A stretch of DNA of 64,000 bases, from IMG/VR virus record IMGVR_UViG_3300044831_000007, positions 2,518 through 66,517 of that record; one strand, given 5' to 3'. The notes under the pieces were generated by a model. That model did not search any database, was not told the origin of the DNA, and worked only from the letters and a program-made list of their open reading frames with translations. The DNA is from a virus (taxonomy: Duplodnaviria > Caudoviricetes). A program made the translations under genes and the position numbers. Below are positions 37,725 to 47,154 of this stretch, in pieces; position 1 is the stretch's first letter; each line of letters starts with the position of its first letter.

Positions 37725-38357
37725 TCAGTCGAGGAACGAACTCGTCGGTTCGGGTTCTTCCACGCCTTCTACGCTGCCGAACTCGCCGGCGGTCTGCTTC
37801 GCGTCCTGCGGAGCCTTGCCAAACGTCGCATCCTTGGCGCTGAACTGGATCGCCTTCAGGCGCGAACTAACGCCCTTGCGCTCGTTGTCGTAGCCAAAAA
37901 TGTCGAGCTTGATGTAGCCCCAGTGCCCTGAAACATAGCCGCCGGTGTTGGCCAGATTCAGCTCAACGCTGTCGGGCGACAGCAGCACGGGCGCCTGATC
38001 GATGTCGGCGCGCGTCGAGATGAACCAGAAGCCCGGATACTTTTCCTTGCCATCTTCGTCGGTCTCCGTGTCGCCGTCTTTGAGGCAGGATTCGTACTTG
38101 GCCAGCGCCTTGCCGAACACAGTCGTGAGACCGTGCTGGATACGTTCTTGCACGAACTTCAGCAGCTCGGTGTCACCCTTCTCGATGAGCGCGACCGTGC
38201 TGTACTCGTCGCACTTGCGCAGCTTGTTGAGCCGCGCCTTGAAGACGTGCATATGGGACAAGCGCACCGGGCCAAAAATAGCCGTCGAGCCGGACTTCGT
38301 TTGCGCTTCCGTGATAACAAGCTTGAGCTTGCCTTTACCTTCGCGTTGCAGGGTCAT
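37725..38357 (-). CDS. DUF2815-type single-stranded DNA-binding protein (210 aa)
   Basis: PVRLSHMHVF...KYESCLKDGD...YVSGHWG...FGYDNERKGVSSRLKAIQF and acidic C-terminus; follows a DUF2800-like gene. Confidence 0.85.
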   Translation of the reverse strand: MTLQREGKGKLKLVITEAQTKSGSTAIFGPVRLSHMHVFKARLNKLRKCDEYSTVALIEKGDTELLKFVQERIQHGLTTVFGKALAKYESCLKDGDTETDEDGKEKYPGFWFISTRADIDQAPVLLSPDSVELNLANTGGYVSGHWGYIKLDIFGYDNERKGVSSRLKAIQFSAKDATFGKAPQDAKQTAGEFGSVEGVEEPEPTSSFLD

Positions 38358-38386
38358 GGGTTTATGTTCTCTCAGGTTCTATAGAT

Positions 38387-39652
38387 TCATTCGGATTCAA
38401 GCGGCTCAAAGCCTTCCATGGCCTTGGCCTTGTCATCCATCTCGGGGCGGGGATCGGTTTCATCCACCAGCACCGGCTTGCCTCGGGGCTTCGTAATGCA
38501 GTTGCCCAGAAGGGCGTCGAACTTCTTCTTGCCCTTCAGGAGCGTGGTCATATCAGTTACGCCCAGCAACTTCGATTTCATGTACTGCTCAGGCAGAAAG
38601 CCCTCCAGCGCGAGGATCGTCTTAACCGTTGCCTCATCCGTGTACTTGCGATTGGCGCGGCCTTCAACGAGCTTCTTGCCAGCGAACTTCTTACCCTTTC
38701 CTGCTTCTTCGAGCGCCCATGTTTCAAGGTCGGCCGCCCACTTCTGCAAGTGCTTGGCTTCCGCCAAACACTCGATCACTTCTTCGTCCGTCAACAGCGC
38801 CGGATCGCGGAACTCAAACTTCGTCATGGCAACCATCCGATCGCGGCGAGCGCGGCAGTGAACTTTTGCTTTGCAGAACTGGCACGCTTCGTAGTCCGAT
38901 GCGTCGAATTCGACAAAACTAAGATCGCCGGTTTCCATCGCGTACCAGACCCGATCGGCGGTCGGCTTGACCGTCATGTCGGCCCATTCCAGCAACGCTG
39001 TGACGCTGATTTCCCACTGCGCGATGTTTCCGATGCGGGGCTGGTACAGGTTCAGCACGATCTTTTTGATGTCGAAAAGATGGCGGCACATATTCCAGGC
39101 ACCCAGCGCGTAGAGCATCAACTGCTCATTTTCCGTTACGCTAACGAAAACTCCCTTGCCATACTTCAGATCGGTCACGTCGAGCACGTCATCGCTCACG
39201 ATCACGCAATCACCCGTTCCGAACCCTTCCGGGACCCACGGGCTGAAGTCCACGCGCTGCTCGATGGAAACGATCGCGTCTGGATTTCTGGCCTTCGCTT
39301 GCTCTACCCGACGATGTACAAAGTCGATGTAGTCCTGCACGTACTCCCGCATTTCATCGGGGTAGTCTTCCTCAAACATCTCCAGTTGGTCGGAGGGGTC
39401 GAGCGGCGGGTCTGCTAGGGCATGGCCCAGCGCAATGTCGCTAAACTTGCGCTGATACCATTGGGCCGCGTCAATGCCGGCCTCCAGAGACTCGCTGGCC
39501 CAGGCATGGGCACGCGTACCTTCTTCGGCGAAGAGGCTGGACTTGTCCTCGAAGGGCAGTTCAGCCCACGCGGATGCGGTGCAACGCATCCAGCGATGGG
39601 CGCCAGACGCCGAAAGTTTTGCATGTGCCCGATCAATTGCATGGACGCTCAC
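38387..39652 (-). CDS. DUF2800 / Cas4-like PD-(D/E)XK exonuclease (421 aa)
   Basis: HAKLSASGAHRWMRCTAS, AEEGTRAH, EQRVDFSPWVPEGFGTGD, DLKYGKG, QLMLYALGA, CQFCKAKVHC. Confidence 0.9.
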   Translation of the reverse strand: MSVHAIDRAHAKLSASGAHRWMRCTASAWAELPFEDKSSLFAEEGTRAHAWASESLEAGIDAAQWYQRKFSDIALGHALADPPLDPSDQLEMFEEDYPDEMREYVQDYIDFVHRRVEQAKARNPDAIVSIEQRVDFSPWVPEGFGTGDCVIVSDDVLDVTDLKYGKGVFVSVTENEQLMLYALGAWNMCRHLFDIKKIVLNLYQPRIGNIAQWEISVTALLEWADMTVKPTADRVWYAMETGDLSFVEFDASDYEACQFCKAKVHCRARRDRMVAMTKFEFRDPALLTDEEVIECLAEAKHLQKWAADLETWALEEAGKGKKFAGKKLVEGRANRKYTDEATVKTILALEGFLPEQYMKSKLLGVTDMTTLLKGKKKFDALLGNCITKPRGKPVLVDETDPRPEMDDKAKAMEGFEPLESE

Positions 39653-40089
39653 GACGCCGTGTTGTGCTTGTGCTGCGCGTCGGCCAGCACTCCACGCGGG
39701 TATTCGCCTTCATCGGCGACTTCGAGCGTGCTGCCATCGCTCATGCGCAGGTGCTCGCCCGGTTGCGGCGGAGCGATCGTTTCATTCGCAGCAAGCACTG
39801 CGCGCAGGCGGGTTTCAGCCTCAGCGGCCGGGATTTCCTCGAAGCCGGCCGTTTCGCCGACTTGGGTGAGGAGTTCTTCCATCCGTTCGGAGACCGCCGC
39901 GATAAAGCGATGCGCCGGGTTGGCCATGTCAAGGATGTTGCTGCCGATCGTGACGGCGCGCACGTCAAGGAATCCGCCGTTGCCGTCCTCGTTCGTGTGC
40001 AGGATGCACTGGATCACGGCCGAACCCGGCGGCAGTTTCATGTCTTCGGTGACAACGTTGGTTTCTTCGAGCTGGATGTCTTCAGTCAT
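39649..40089 (-). CDS. Hypothetical acidic protein (146 aa)
   Basis: GAGGA RBS before ATG 40089; GTGA overlap with the nuclease. Confidence 0.65.
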   Translation of the reverse strand: MTEDIQLEETNVVTEDMKLPPGSAVIQCILHTNEDGNGGFLDVRAVTIGSNILDMANPAHRFIAAVSERMEELLTQVGETAGFEEIPAAEAETRLRAVLAANETIAPPQPGEHLRMSDGSTLEVADEGEYPRGVLADAQHKHNTAS

Positions 40090-40105
40090 GTGGTGTTTCC
40101 TCGGG

Positions 40106-40594
40106 TCAAATGGTTTCGAGTGCTGCTGTGAAGTCATTGAGCGCGGAGACACGCACGATGTTGTCGCGTTCAGCCAGCTCGGTGACACTTTTGGCGCCAT
40201 GCTTGGCCAGAATGCCCACGGCAATGGCGCGGGTTTCGTCGGTGTTGAACTTGCGGGCGATCGCGCGGATGTCTTCGATCTTCACGTCCGGCGCGTCGGC
40301 GCCATCAGGGCCGGCTTTGAGCGCTTGGGCGATGACTGCCGACTGATCGGCCGTCGCGGTCTCAGCGCTTTCCGTCTGCGGCGCCGGCGTTTCAGCCTGG
40401 GCCTTCTGGCGCTTGGCCACGGACTTCGTGGCCTTCGGCGCTTCAGCCGCGTCGGGCGCCGGCGGCATAGCGGTCTTGATGGCCTCGTCGCTGGTCGCGA
40501 GGCCCGTGATCTGCTCGGCGAAGTAGTTCAGGACAGAGGCGAAGACGCGAACGAGCGCGGGCGGCTCACTGCCGTTCAGCATGATATTCAGCAA
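40106..40594 (-). CDS. Hypothetical protein of the type found upstream of DUF2800 genes (162 aa)
   Basis: GGAG RBS plus TTG; Ala/Pro linker, then IEDIRAIA...ILAKHGAKSVTEL C-terminal motif. Confidence 0.7.
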   Translation of the reverse strand: MLNIMLNGSEPPALVRVFASVLNYFAEQITGLATSDEAIKTAMPPAPDAAEAPKATKSVAKRQKAQAETPAPQTESAETATADQSAVIAQALKAGPDGADAPDVKIEDIRAIARKFNTDETRAIAVGILAKHGAKSVTELAERDNIVRVSALNDFTAALETI

Positions 40595-40770
40595 GGGTTG
40601 GCTCCAGTGGAATGGCGGGCGCGTTTAGATTCGCGGCCTCGGTGCGGGCATGCGGGGGGCTATGGCGGGGGAGGGTGATAGAAGATGCTGGTCATGGTTT
40701 CAGTTCTCTCAGGCTCTTTAGTTTTCAACAGGGGCACGGGTGAAGCGGGTACTTAACACTGCTTAACAGT

Positions 40771-41163
40771 TAGTGAGTTCGCCTCACTATCGCAACAGAC
40801 AGGAGGACTAAGCCCGTCTATCCCAATTAGTGAGGCGTTCCCGGTTTGCTGCCACTGCGAAACGAACAGGGCTAGGTGGCAGGGCGCTACTCCTGCTTCT
40901 TTCCCAAGATTCTGGGAACGTGTGTGGGTGGATTTTTAGGCCATGCCTAGCTACTTACTCCACTGCACCCTTGCCAGCGCGAAACACAGTGTCAGCAGAA
41001 GTGGGCGCTGGGCATCTCCCAGCGAGGCGCCTTTCGGCTGTGCCCACTTCTTCTGACGCTCCAGAACGTTTTGGTAGCAGCGCAGCGCGGCCGGTGCCAG
41101 CCGGAGTGCAGACCGGCGCGCACCCTGGGACTTACTCTCGCGCGCCGCTACCGAAGCGTTCTG
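40771..41163. ncRNA. Candidate structured RNA / regulatory leader (several long stems, three-way junction with GAAA tetraloop on the minus strand)
   Basis: 16-bp stem 40991-41006/41042-41057 enclosing two hairpins; 17-bp stem 41062-41078/41147-41163; hairpins at 40771, 40849 and 40901; no convincing ORF. Confidence 0.5.
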
Positions 41164-41275
41164 TTAATGAGACTGAAAAATCATAATACCAATCTGAAAA
41201 AATAGCCCCGGCCGTTCCTGCAACCGGGGGGAATCCATCGCGCGCTTCCTGGAATCGTGGGAGTGCTTAATTGAG

Positions 41276-41304
41276 AATGTAGGCGTGTTGAAATGCCCCG
41301 TCAA
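41276..41304 (-). promoter_or_regulatory. Sigma70-type leftward promoter TTGACG-N17-TACATT
   Basis: Near-consensus -35/-10 with 17-bp spacer, just downstream of the cI terminator. Confidence 0.65.
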
Positions 41305-41347
41305 TGGCCTGAGAAAAAATTTTTTATGGGATTTTGACGAAAATGAA

Positions 41348-41379
41348 CCGGCGTCGTTAAGGGCGATTAACGACGCCGG
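41348..41379 (-). terminator. Terminator downstream of the repressor gene
   Basis: ccggcgtcgttaa-gggcga-ttaacgacgccgg perfect 13-bp stem; U-rich tail (ttcatttt) on the minus strand. Confidence 0.75.
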
Positions 41380-41398
41380 GTAGACACTGATCTGGTAA

Positions 41399-42031
41399 TT
41401 ACTGAGACTTAAACCAGTGGGCCGGCGTGACTTTGGCAATCTCGAAGCCTTCGATTTCTGTCCGAATTCCGGGGTTAATCAGGCGGAATCTGCCGGGTTC
41501 ATGTGGGCGCGAAAGCACGCCGAACAAACGTTTGCGGTCGATCGTCTCGACTAATGAGAGCTTGCCCCAGCACTTCGATTCATCGAATTGTCCGGGCTCA
41601 AAGTAGACGATCGTGCCGTCCCAGAAGCCTCCCACTGCTGCCGCCGAGCGCACTTGCAGAGCAAAGCCATTGGCCGCAAAGCCAGGAGGGACGGGGGCTC
41701 GCATCACGGGGGCGTTAGCTTCTTCGACGTTGAAGTCGTCATAGGCGTAGAGCAGGACGGGCGCGGTTGGCTGATCTGACTCGGGCACCTCATAGCCCCA
41801 GCGTCGCATCACCTCAGTAATAGGGACATCTAGCACGCCGGCTATTTTTATCGCGTCCGAGACTTTCAGCTCGCGCGAGCCGTTGACCGCGTATGAGAGC
41901 GTCACGGGATCGACTCCCATGCGTCCTGCCATCTGAGCTTGCGAGAGTTCCTTTCGCGCGAGCTGGGCGGTGAACCAGTGTTTGTCTGGCGTTCGTTCTG
42001 TCCCTTTCCTATCACTTTTTGCGTTGTCCAC
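41399..42031 (-). CDS. CI-like repressor (XRE HTH plus S24-like C-terminal domain, 210 aa)
   Basis: LSQAQMAGRMGVDPVTLSYAVNGSRELKVSDAIKIAGVL HTH; divergent from a small HTH gene; GGAG RBS. Confidence 0.8.
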   Translation of the reverse strand: MDNAKSDRKGTERTPDKHWFTAQLARKELSQAQMAGRMGVDPVTLSYAVNGSRELKVSDAIKIAGVLDVPITEVMRRWGYEVPESDQPTAPVLLYAYDDFNVEEANAPVMRAPVPPGFAANGFALQVRSAAAVGGFWDGTIVYFEPGQFDESKCWGKLSLVETIDRKRLFGVLSRPHEPGRFRLINPGIRTEIEGFEIAKVTPAHWFKSQ

Positions 42032-42137
42032 GGGCCTTACTCCAATTGTTATATGTGATGAAAAATGTGTATATTCGAGACCTGCCGGCCTTACGTTAAG
42101 CCGTTAAGATTTTACCTCAACACGTCCGCCCTTAACA

Positions 42138-42449
42138 ATGCCCACTCGCAAAACCATGCCTGCCAACACTCCCCCGATTCTGGGAAGCCAGCCTCTTGAT
42201 GCGCTGCTCGTGAATACCGCTGAGCCCGCGTATTCGATCATCAAGAAATGCGGCGGTGTGCGTCCTCTCGCACGCGCCTTATCCATCTCGCCAGCGGCGG
42301 TGACGCGCTGGCAAAAGCACCGCACGCCGACCGACAAACGGGGGTGCGATGGTGTCATTCCTGAGTTCCGCCGTTCGACAGTCATTGCGGTCGCCCGTGA
42401 ATTGGGCAAACGCGTGACCAAGGCTGAGTTTCTGAAGACTCAAGCGTAA
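42138..42449 (+). CDS. Cro-like HTH regulator (103 aa)
   Basis: IIKKCGGVRPLARALSISPAAVTRWQ...GVIPE; divergent from cI. Confidence 0.75.
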   Translation: MPTRKTMPANTPPILGSQPLDALLVNTAEPAYSIIKKCGGVRPLARALSISPAAVTRWQKHRTPTDKRGCDGVIPEFRRSTVIAVARELGKRVTKAEFLKTQA

Positions 42450-42495
42450 GGCCCCTAAATTCACAGCAGTGCTGCCACTGATTTGGGGGAGCCTT

Positions 42496-44991
42496 ATGGC
42501 GACGGGAAATAGTACAGAGCGCCCGAAGGCGTTGCCGTTCAATGCTGCCGGTGTGCCGGCGAGTCTGAAGGCGCACGACCGCTGGTGCGTCTGGAAGTAC
42601 GTCCAGCGGGATGGGACTTGGACCAAGCAACCGATCAACGCCCGCACGGGCGGAGGCGCGCAATCGAACAACCGTTCGACCTGGGCGAGCTATGAAGAGG
42701 CTCATGACGCGTTCCTGCACATCTCTGAGCTGGCGGGTCTGGGGTTCTTTCTGGGCGACAACTTCGTAGGGGTTGATGTTGATGATTGCTACAACTGGAT
42801 AGATGGTTATAGCGAGATGGCGCGCTCGGTGCTTGGCGCCGTTGCTGGGTATGCCGAAACGTCTCCATCGGGTGAAGGGTTGAAGATTATAACGCTCGGG
42901 ACCATTCCCCAGTCGAGAGCCAATCACAAGATAGGGCTCGAAATTTACGACCGAACACGCTTTTTTGCTATTACGGGCGCGGCGATCGCCGATCGGGAGA
43001 ACGATCTGCCGGCGGCGCCGATCGATCTTTCGGCATTTTACGCGCAGCACTTCGGCGCGTTCGCGGGGTTGTCTTCGATTGACGATGAAGACCTGTTGGC
43101 ACTCCAGAACGCCAAGGGACCGCTCGCGGGCTATGACATCGATCGCGTGCGCGACAAGCTGCTGCCGAACCTGACGAGTGACTGTCATTACAGCGAGTGG
43201 CTGGAAGTGGGCGCGGCCTTGCACCATCAGGGTGAGGGCGATGACGAGTGGCTGGAGCTGTGGGATGAGTGGAGCGCGAAGGCGGGCGAGCGCTATACCC
43301 CCGGTTTGTGCGCCGAGAAGTGGGAGACGTTCGGCTCGCACCTGCAAGGCCGTGGGGCGGTAACGCTGGCAACGGTGATCCATCGGGTTAAGCAGACGCG
43401 GGCGGTCAAGAAGTTCGATCGGGTGACGCACTGGACGCTCCAGATTATGGCGACGGAGGACCGTGCGCAGTTGCTCGAAGAGCTGCCGCACCTGATTGCG
43501 CGCGACTTGCTGGTCGATGAAAAAGTGCGCGAAGAGCTGGCACAGATGCTCAAGCGACGGCTGAAGACGGTGATCCAGACGAGTTACAGCATCACAGTGG
43601 TACGCAAGTGGTTGCGCCCGGAAGTGGCGCCAGACACGCTCGACTACTCCCCTGACTGGGTGAAGCGGTACGTGTATGTGACGGATGAAGACAAGTTCTT
43701 CGAGATGGAGCGGAAAATCCACTTCACGCGCCAGAGCTTTAACTTACTCCATAACCGTGACATGCCGAAGGATGATAACGGCAACCCGGTGAAGCAGGCG
43801 GCGGATGGCGCGTCCGATATGTACGGGATTCGCGTGGTCGATAGCGCCTTGTATCAGCCAGCGGCGGGGCTGTTCTTCGAGATGGAGGGGCGGACCTGCG
43901 TGAATAGCTATGACGCTTCGGTCGCGCCCGTGATGCCGCCGGTGCTGCTCGATGAGGAGGAGCGGGCGGTCGCCGTGGTGCAGCGCCATCTGGCCAACAT
44001 CCTGCCCGATGCGCGCGAACGGCAGTTGTTTACGAACTGGCTGGCGTTCGTGGTCCAGAATCCGGGCGTAAAAATCCGCTGGGCGCCGTACCTGTGCGGC
44101 GTGCCTGGGGACGGCAAGAGCTTCTTCGCCACGCTGCTCGCGGCGTGCATGGGCTCGACGCATGTCAAGACGCTGAGCGGCGACATGCTGGCGAACGGCA
44201 GTAGCTTTTCTGACTGGGCGGTCAATCGGTGCGTGACCGTGATTGAAGAGGCGAAGCTGCACGGCGGTAACAAGTTTGATGCTGCGAACCGGATCAAGCC
44301 CTTCATTACCAATCCGGTGATCGACGTGCATCCGAAGGGCCGCGCCAGTTACAACGCGCCGAATACGGTCCAGTACATGATCGCGTCCAATTATCTCGAC
44401 GGCGTGCCGATCACGTCCGACGATCGGCGCTTCATGTTCCTGATGACGCCGTACACCCGCGAATCGCTGGATGCGTTCAAGGAAGCGCACCCGGACTACG
44501 ACACGCACCTGTTCGACGCGGTGGCCGACTTTCCGGGCGCGATGCGCTTCTGGCTGTATCACTACCGCGACTGGCATGCCGAGTTCAACCCGAACGCTAA
44601 CGCGCCGATCACGCGCATGCGTGGGCTGGTGATCGACATGAGTGAGAGCGACGCGGATTCCGCTTGCCGATCGGTGTTCGAAGCGCAGCCTCCCGGCGTC
44701 ACGAATTCATGGATAGCGGCGGCTCTGTTCTCTCAGGCTGTTGAAACGGAGTTGGGTCCGCACAGCGGCCTGAAGCGTTCGCAGATTGCGCGTATCTGCG
44801 CTGACTACCTGCGGCTGCGGGGCTTCACTTATATGGGCGACGTGCGTCACAGAGTCGGGCCGAGTGGTGTGCAGTCGCGATTCTGGTGCGGGGGCTGGCT
44901 CACGCCAGACCGTCTCAACTGGTGGCCGGAAGCCGAGGCGGCGATGAAAAAGTCATTCGCCGATGCTGTTGCTGCCGATTTTCTGAGTTGA
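42496..44991 (+). CDS. Primase-polymerase / PriCT-2 / SF3-like (DUF5906-type) helicase fusion (831 aa)
   Basis: GVDVDDC...YAETSPSGEGLK (prim-pol); YSEWLEVGAALH...WDEWS...KWETF (PriCT-2); Walker A GVPGDGKS; IEEAK; GGGGAG RBS. Confidence 0.88.
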   Translation: MATGNSTERPKALPFNAAGVPASLKAHDRWCVWKYVQRDGTWTKQPINARTGGGAQSNNRSTWASYEEAHDAFLHISELAGLGFFLGDNFVGVDVDDCYNWIDGYSEMARSVLGAVAGYAETSPSGEGLKIITLGTIPQSRANHKIGLEIYDRTRFFAITGAAIADRENDLPAAPIDLSAFYAQHFGAFAGLSSIDDEDLLALQNAKGPLAGYDIDRVRDKLLPNLTSDCHYSEWLEVGAALHHQGEGDDEWLELWDEWSAKAGERYTPGLCAEKWETFGSHLQGRGAVTLATVIHRVKQTRAVKKFDRVTHWTLQIMATEDRAQLLEELPHLIARDLLVDEKVREELAQMLKRRLKTVIQTSYSITVVRKWLRPEVAPDTLDYSPDWVKRYVYVTDEDKFFEMERKIHFTRQSFNLLHNRDMPKDDNGNPVKQAADGASDMYGIRVVDSALYQPAAGLFFEMEGRTCVNSYDASVAPVMPPVLLDEEERAVAVVQRHLANILPDARERQLFTNWLAFVVQNPGVKIRWAPYLCGVPGDGKSFFATLLAACMGSTHVKTLSGDMLANGSSFSDWAVNRCVTVIEEAKLHGGNKFDAANRIKPFITNPVIDVHPKGRASYNAPNTVQYMIASNYLDGVPITSDDRRFMFLMTPYTRESLDAFKEAHPDYDTHLFDAVADFPGAMRFWLYHYRDWHAEFNPNANAPITRMRGLVIDMSESDADSACRSVFEAQPPGVTNSWIAAALFSQAVETELGPHSGLKRSQIARICADYLRLRGFTYMGDVRHRVGPSGVQSRFWCGGWLTPDRLNWWPEAEAAMKKSFADAVAADFLS

Positions 44992-45031
44992 TTGTCTGTG
45001 TCAGTCATCGCAGCGAGGCCTAAAAAGCTGG

Positions 45032-45240
45032 CTGTCACAGCGACTGTCACAGATGACTGGCTCAGCACTGAAACCCTTTATTTATAAGGCTCTTATCTAT
45101 TTTAGAGTAGGTATTGAGACAGTGAGACAGTGTTATGCCGTGTGTACGTTGCGTTTTTAAAATGCAGCGAGATAAGGGAAATAAATATTTTTTATATAGC
45201 GCTGGCCGACTTTGCGCAGTGTCACAGCTCACTGGCTCAG
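45032..45240. repeat. Repeat plus AT-rich block downstream of the primase-helicase (candidate lytic origin)
   Basis: TGTCACAG x3; TGTCACAG-N3-ACTGGCTCAG x2 (45045, 45220); TGAGACAGTG x2 in inverted sense; AT-rich tracts between. Confidence 0.5.
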
Positions 45241-45267
45241 ACGCGCGGCGAGTTCAACTGGAACGAT

Positions 45268-45624
45268 ATGCGGGAATCATCCATCGAAACGTACCTGATC
45301 GAACAAGTGAAGCTGTTCGGGGGTGACTGCCAGAAGCACGTCAGTCCGGGGCGATCTGGCGTGGTCGATCGCATCGTGATCATGCCGCTGGGTCTGCCGG
45401 TGTGGTTTGTGGAAACCAAGCGGCCGGATAACGATCTGCAACCGCTGCAACGCTATGAGCGCGATCGACTCCTGGAACTGGGGCAACGTTATACGGTGCT
45501 GGACACGAAAGCGGCCATCGATAGCTGGGTGGCGTTTCGCAAGCAGGAGATTGCCAGACATGCCGCCGTGGTGACGGAAGCGGCGCGCACGGTGGCGCGC
45601 AAGTGGATGGGACCCTTAGCATGA
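45268..45624 (+). CDS. VRR-NUC domain nuclease (118 aa)
   Basis: MRESSIETYL...KHVSPGRSGVVDRIV...WFVETKRP...LQPLQ. Confidence 0.88.
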   Translation: MRESSIETYLIEQVKLFGGDCQKHVSPGRSGVVDRIVIMPLGLPVWFVETKRPDNDLQPLQRYERDRLLELGQRYTVLDTKAAIDSWVAFRKQEIARHAAVVTEAARTVARKWMGPLA

Positions 45625-47144
45625 GCCGGATTTGGACGCCGCGAGGCTATCAGGACGACATGCTGGAGTTCGGCCTTGCGACGCCGCATTGCGCATGGTT
45701 CGTAGACATGGGGCTGGGCAAGACTTCGAGCGCGGCGACGCTGATTCAGCGCAGCCTCTATGACCTGTTCGACACCAAGCGGTGGCTGATCGTGGGACCG
45801 AAGCGTGTGGCCAACAAGGCGTGGCCCGATGAGCTGCGGAGCTGGTTGCACCTGCAAGACGTGTCTTACAGGATTTTACGAGCGGAGGATTTTGGGCTGA
45901 CGCCGGCGTTTGACGCCGTAGATGTGTTCGATCCGGTCACGGGCGAGATTGCCGCTGGCATGAAAAAGCGCGGCCTCACGTTCGGCTGGAGCGAGACCGA
46001 TCCGAAAGCGGCCGGCGCGCAAGCGAAGCGGTTCGCCAAGCGCCGGATCATGGCGATGCGTGAGCACGTCCTGATCGTGAGCTATGACTTTCTGCCGTGG
46101 CTGGCGAAAGCGCTGGGCGATACCCCGTGGTTCGACGGTCTGTGCGTAGACGAGTCGAGCATGGTCAAGAATCAGGACACGGTTCGATTCCGGGCGCTGC
46201 GGCACCTGCGCAAGAACGCCTGCCGTGTGGTGCTGCTGACGGGCACGCCGAGCCCGCGGTCGTTGCTGGACCTGTGGGCGCAACTGTACATCGTGGATCA
46301 GGGCGAGCGCCTGCTGGACACGTACACGGGGTATCGCGAGCTGTACTTCAGGCCGGACAAGCGCGGCCGGCATGGCGATATCTATACGTGGAAGCCGGAC
46401 CCTGACGGGCGCGAGCGCATCTACCGGGCGATTGGCGACGTGGTGATGAGCCTGAAGTCTGAGGACTATCTGAGCCTGCCGCCACTGGTCGATAACCCCG
46501 TCAGAGTCGTCCTGCCGCCTGCTGCGCGCGAGCTGTATGACCGTGTGGAGCGTGACCTGATCGCGGTGCTGGCGGGTAGCGTGATCGTGGCGTCCACTGC
46601 CGCGATTCTGGGAAACAAGCTGTTGCAGATTGCGAACGGTTGTGTGTACGACGATGGCAAGAAGCCGGTGCATATCCACGACGCGAAGCTGGATGCGCTG
46701 GCCGAGCTGGTGGAGGCGACGCCGGGGTCGCTGCTGGTGGCGTATGGCTATCGGCCGGACGCCGAGCGCATCCAGAAGCGTTTCGGGCGGCTGGCGCGCA
46801 AGATCGAGACCGACGCGGACATTGACGACTGGAACGCCGGCAAGATCAAGCTGGGGTATGGACATCCGGCGAGCTTCGGGCACGGCCTGAATCTGCAAGA
46901 CGGTGGCAATCATGTCGTCTGGTTCGGGCCGACTTACTCGCTGGAGTTGTGGCTGCAACTGATCAAGCGGCTGCATCGAAGCGGGCAGAAAGCGGATTGC
47001 GTGATTGTGTCTACGATCCTGGCTGATGACACCTTGGATGACTACGTGCGCTATGAGGTCATCGTGGGCAAGGACAGCGAGCAAGCGGCGTTGATGGAAG
47101 CGATGAAGGCGCGGGTGTATCGACAGGAGCGGCTTGCCGCATAG
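45621..47144 (+). CDS. SNF2-like superfamily 2 helicase (507 aa)
   Basis: DMGLGKTSS, VDESS, LLTGTPSP, GHGLNLQDGG, QLIKRLHRSGQ. Confidence 0.9.
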   Translation: MSRIWTPRGYQDDMLEFGLATPHCAWFVDMGLGKTSSAATLIQRSLYDLFDTKRWLIVGPKRVANKAWPDELRSWLHLQDVSYRILRAEDFGLTPAFDAVDVFDPVTGEIAAGMKKRGLTFGWSETDPKAAGAQAKRFAKRRIMAMREHVLIVSYDFLPWLAKALGDTPWFDGLCVDESSMVKNQDTVRFRALRHLRKNACRVVLLTGTPSPRSLLDLWAQLYIVDQGERLLDTYTGYRELYFRPDKRGRHGDIYTWKPDPDGRERIYRAIGDVVMSLKSEDYLSLPPLVDNPVRVVLPPAARELYDRVERDLIAVLAGSVIVASTAAILGNKLLQIANGCVYDDGKKPVHIHDAKLDALAELVEATPGSLLVAYGYRPDAERIQKRFGRLARKIETDADIDDWNAGKIKLGYGHPASFGHGLNLQDGGNHVVWFGPTYSLELWLQLIKRLHRSGQKADCVIVSTILADDTLDDYVRYEVIVGKDSEQAALMEAMKARVYRQERLAA

Positions 47145-47154
47145 GGGAAAAAGA

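Noticed and set aside
40991-41057. Three-way junction as a hammerhead ribozyme or known riboswitch
   Set aside because: The CUGANGA/GAAA core is not in the junction positions and no riboswitch consensus was recognised.
40830-41186. 118-aa plus-strand ORF in the structured region
   Set aside because: No suitably spaced RBS (AGGAGG at 40801 is too far upstream), low-information composition, and the DNA is better explained by RNA stems.
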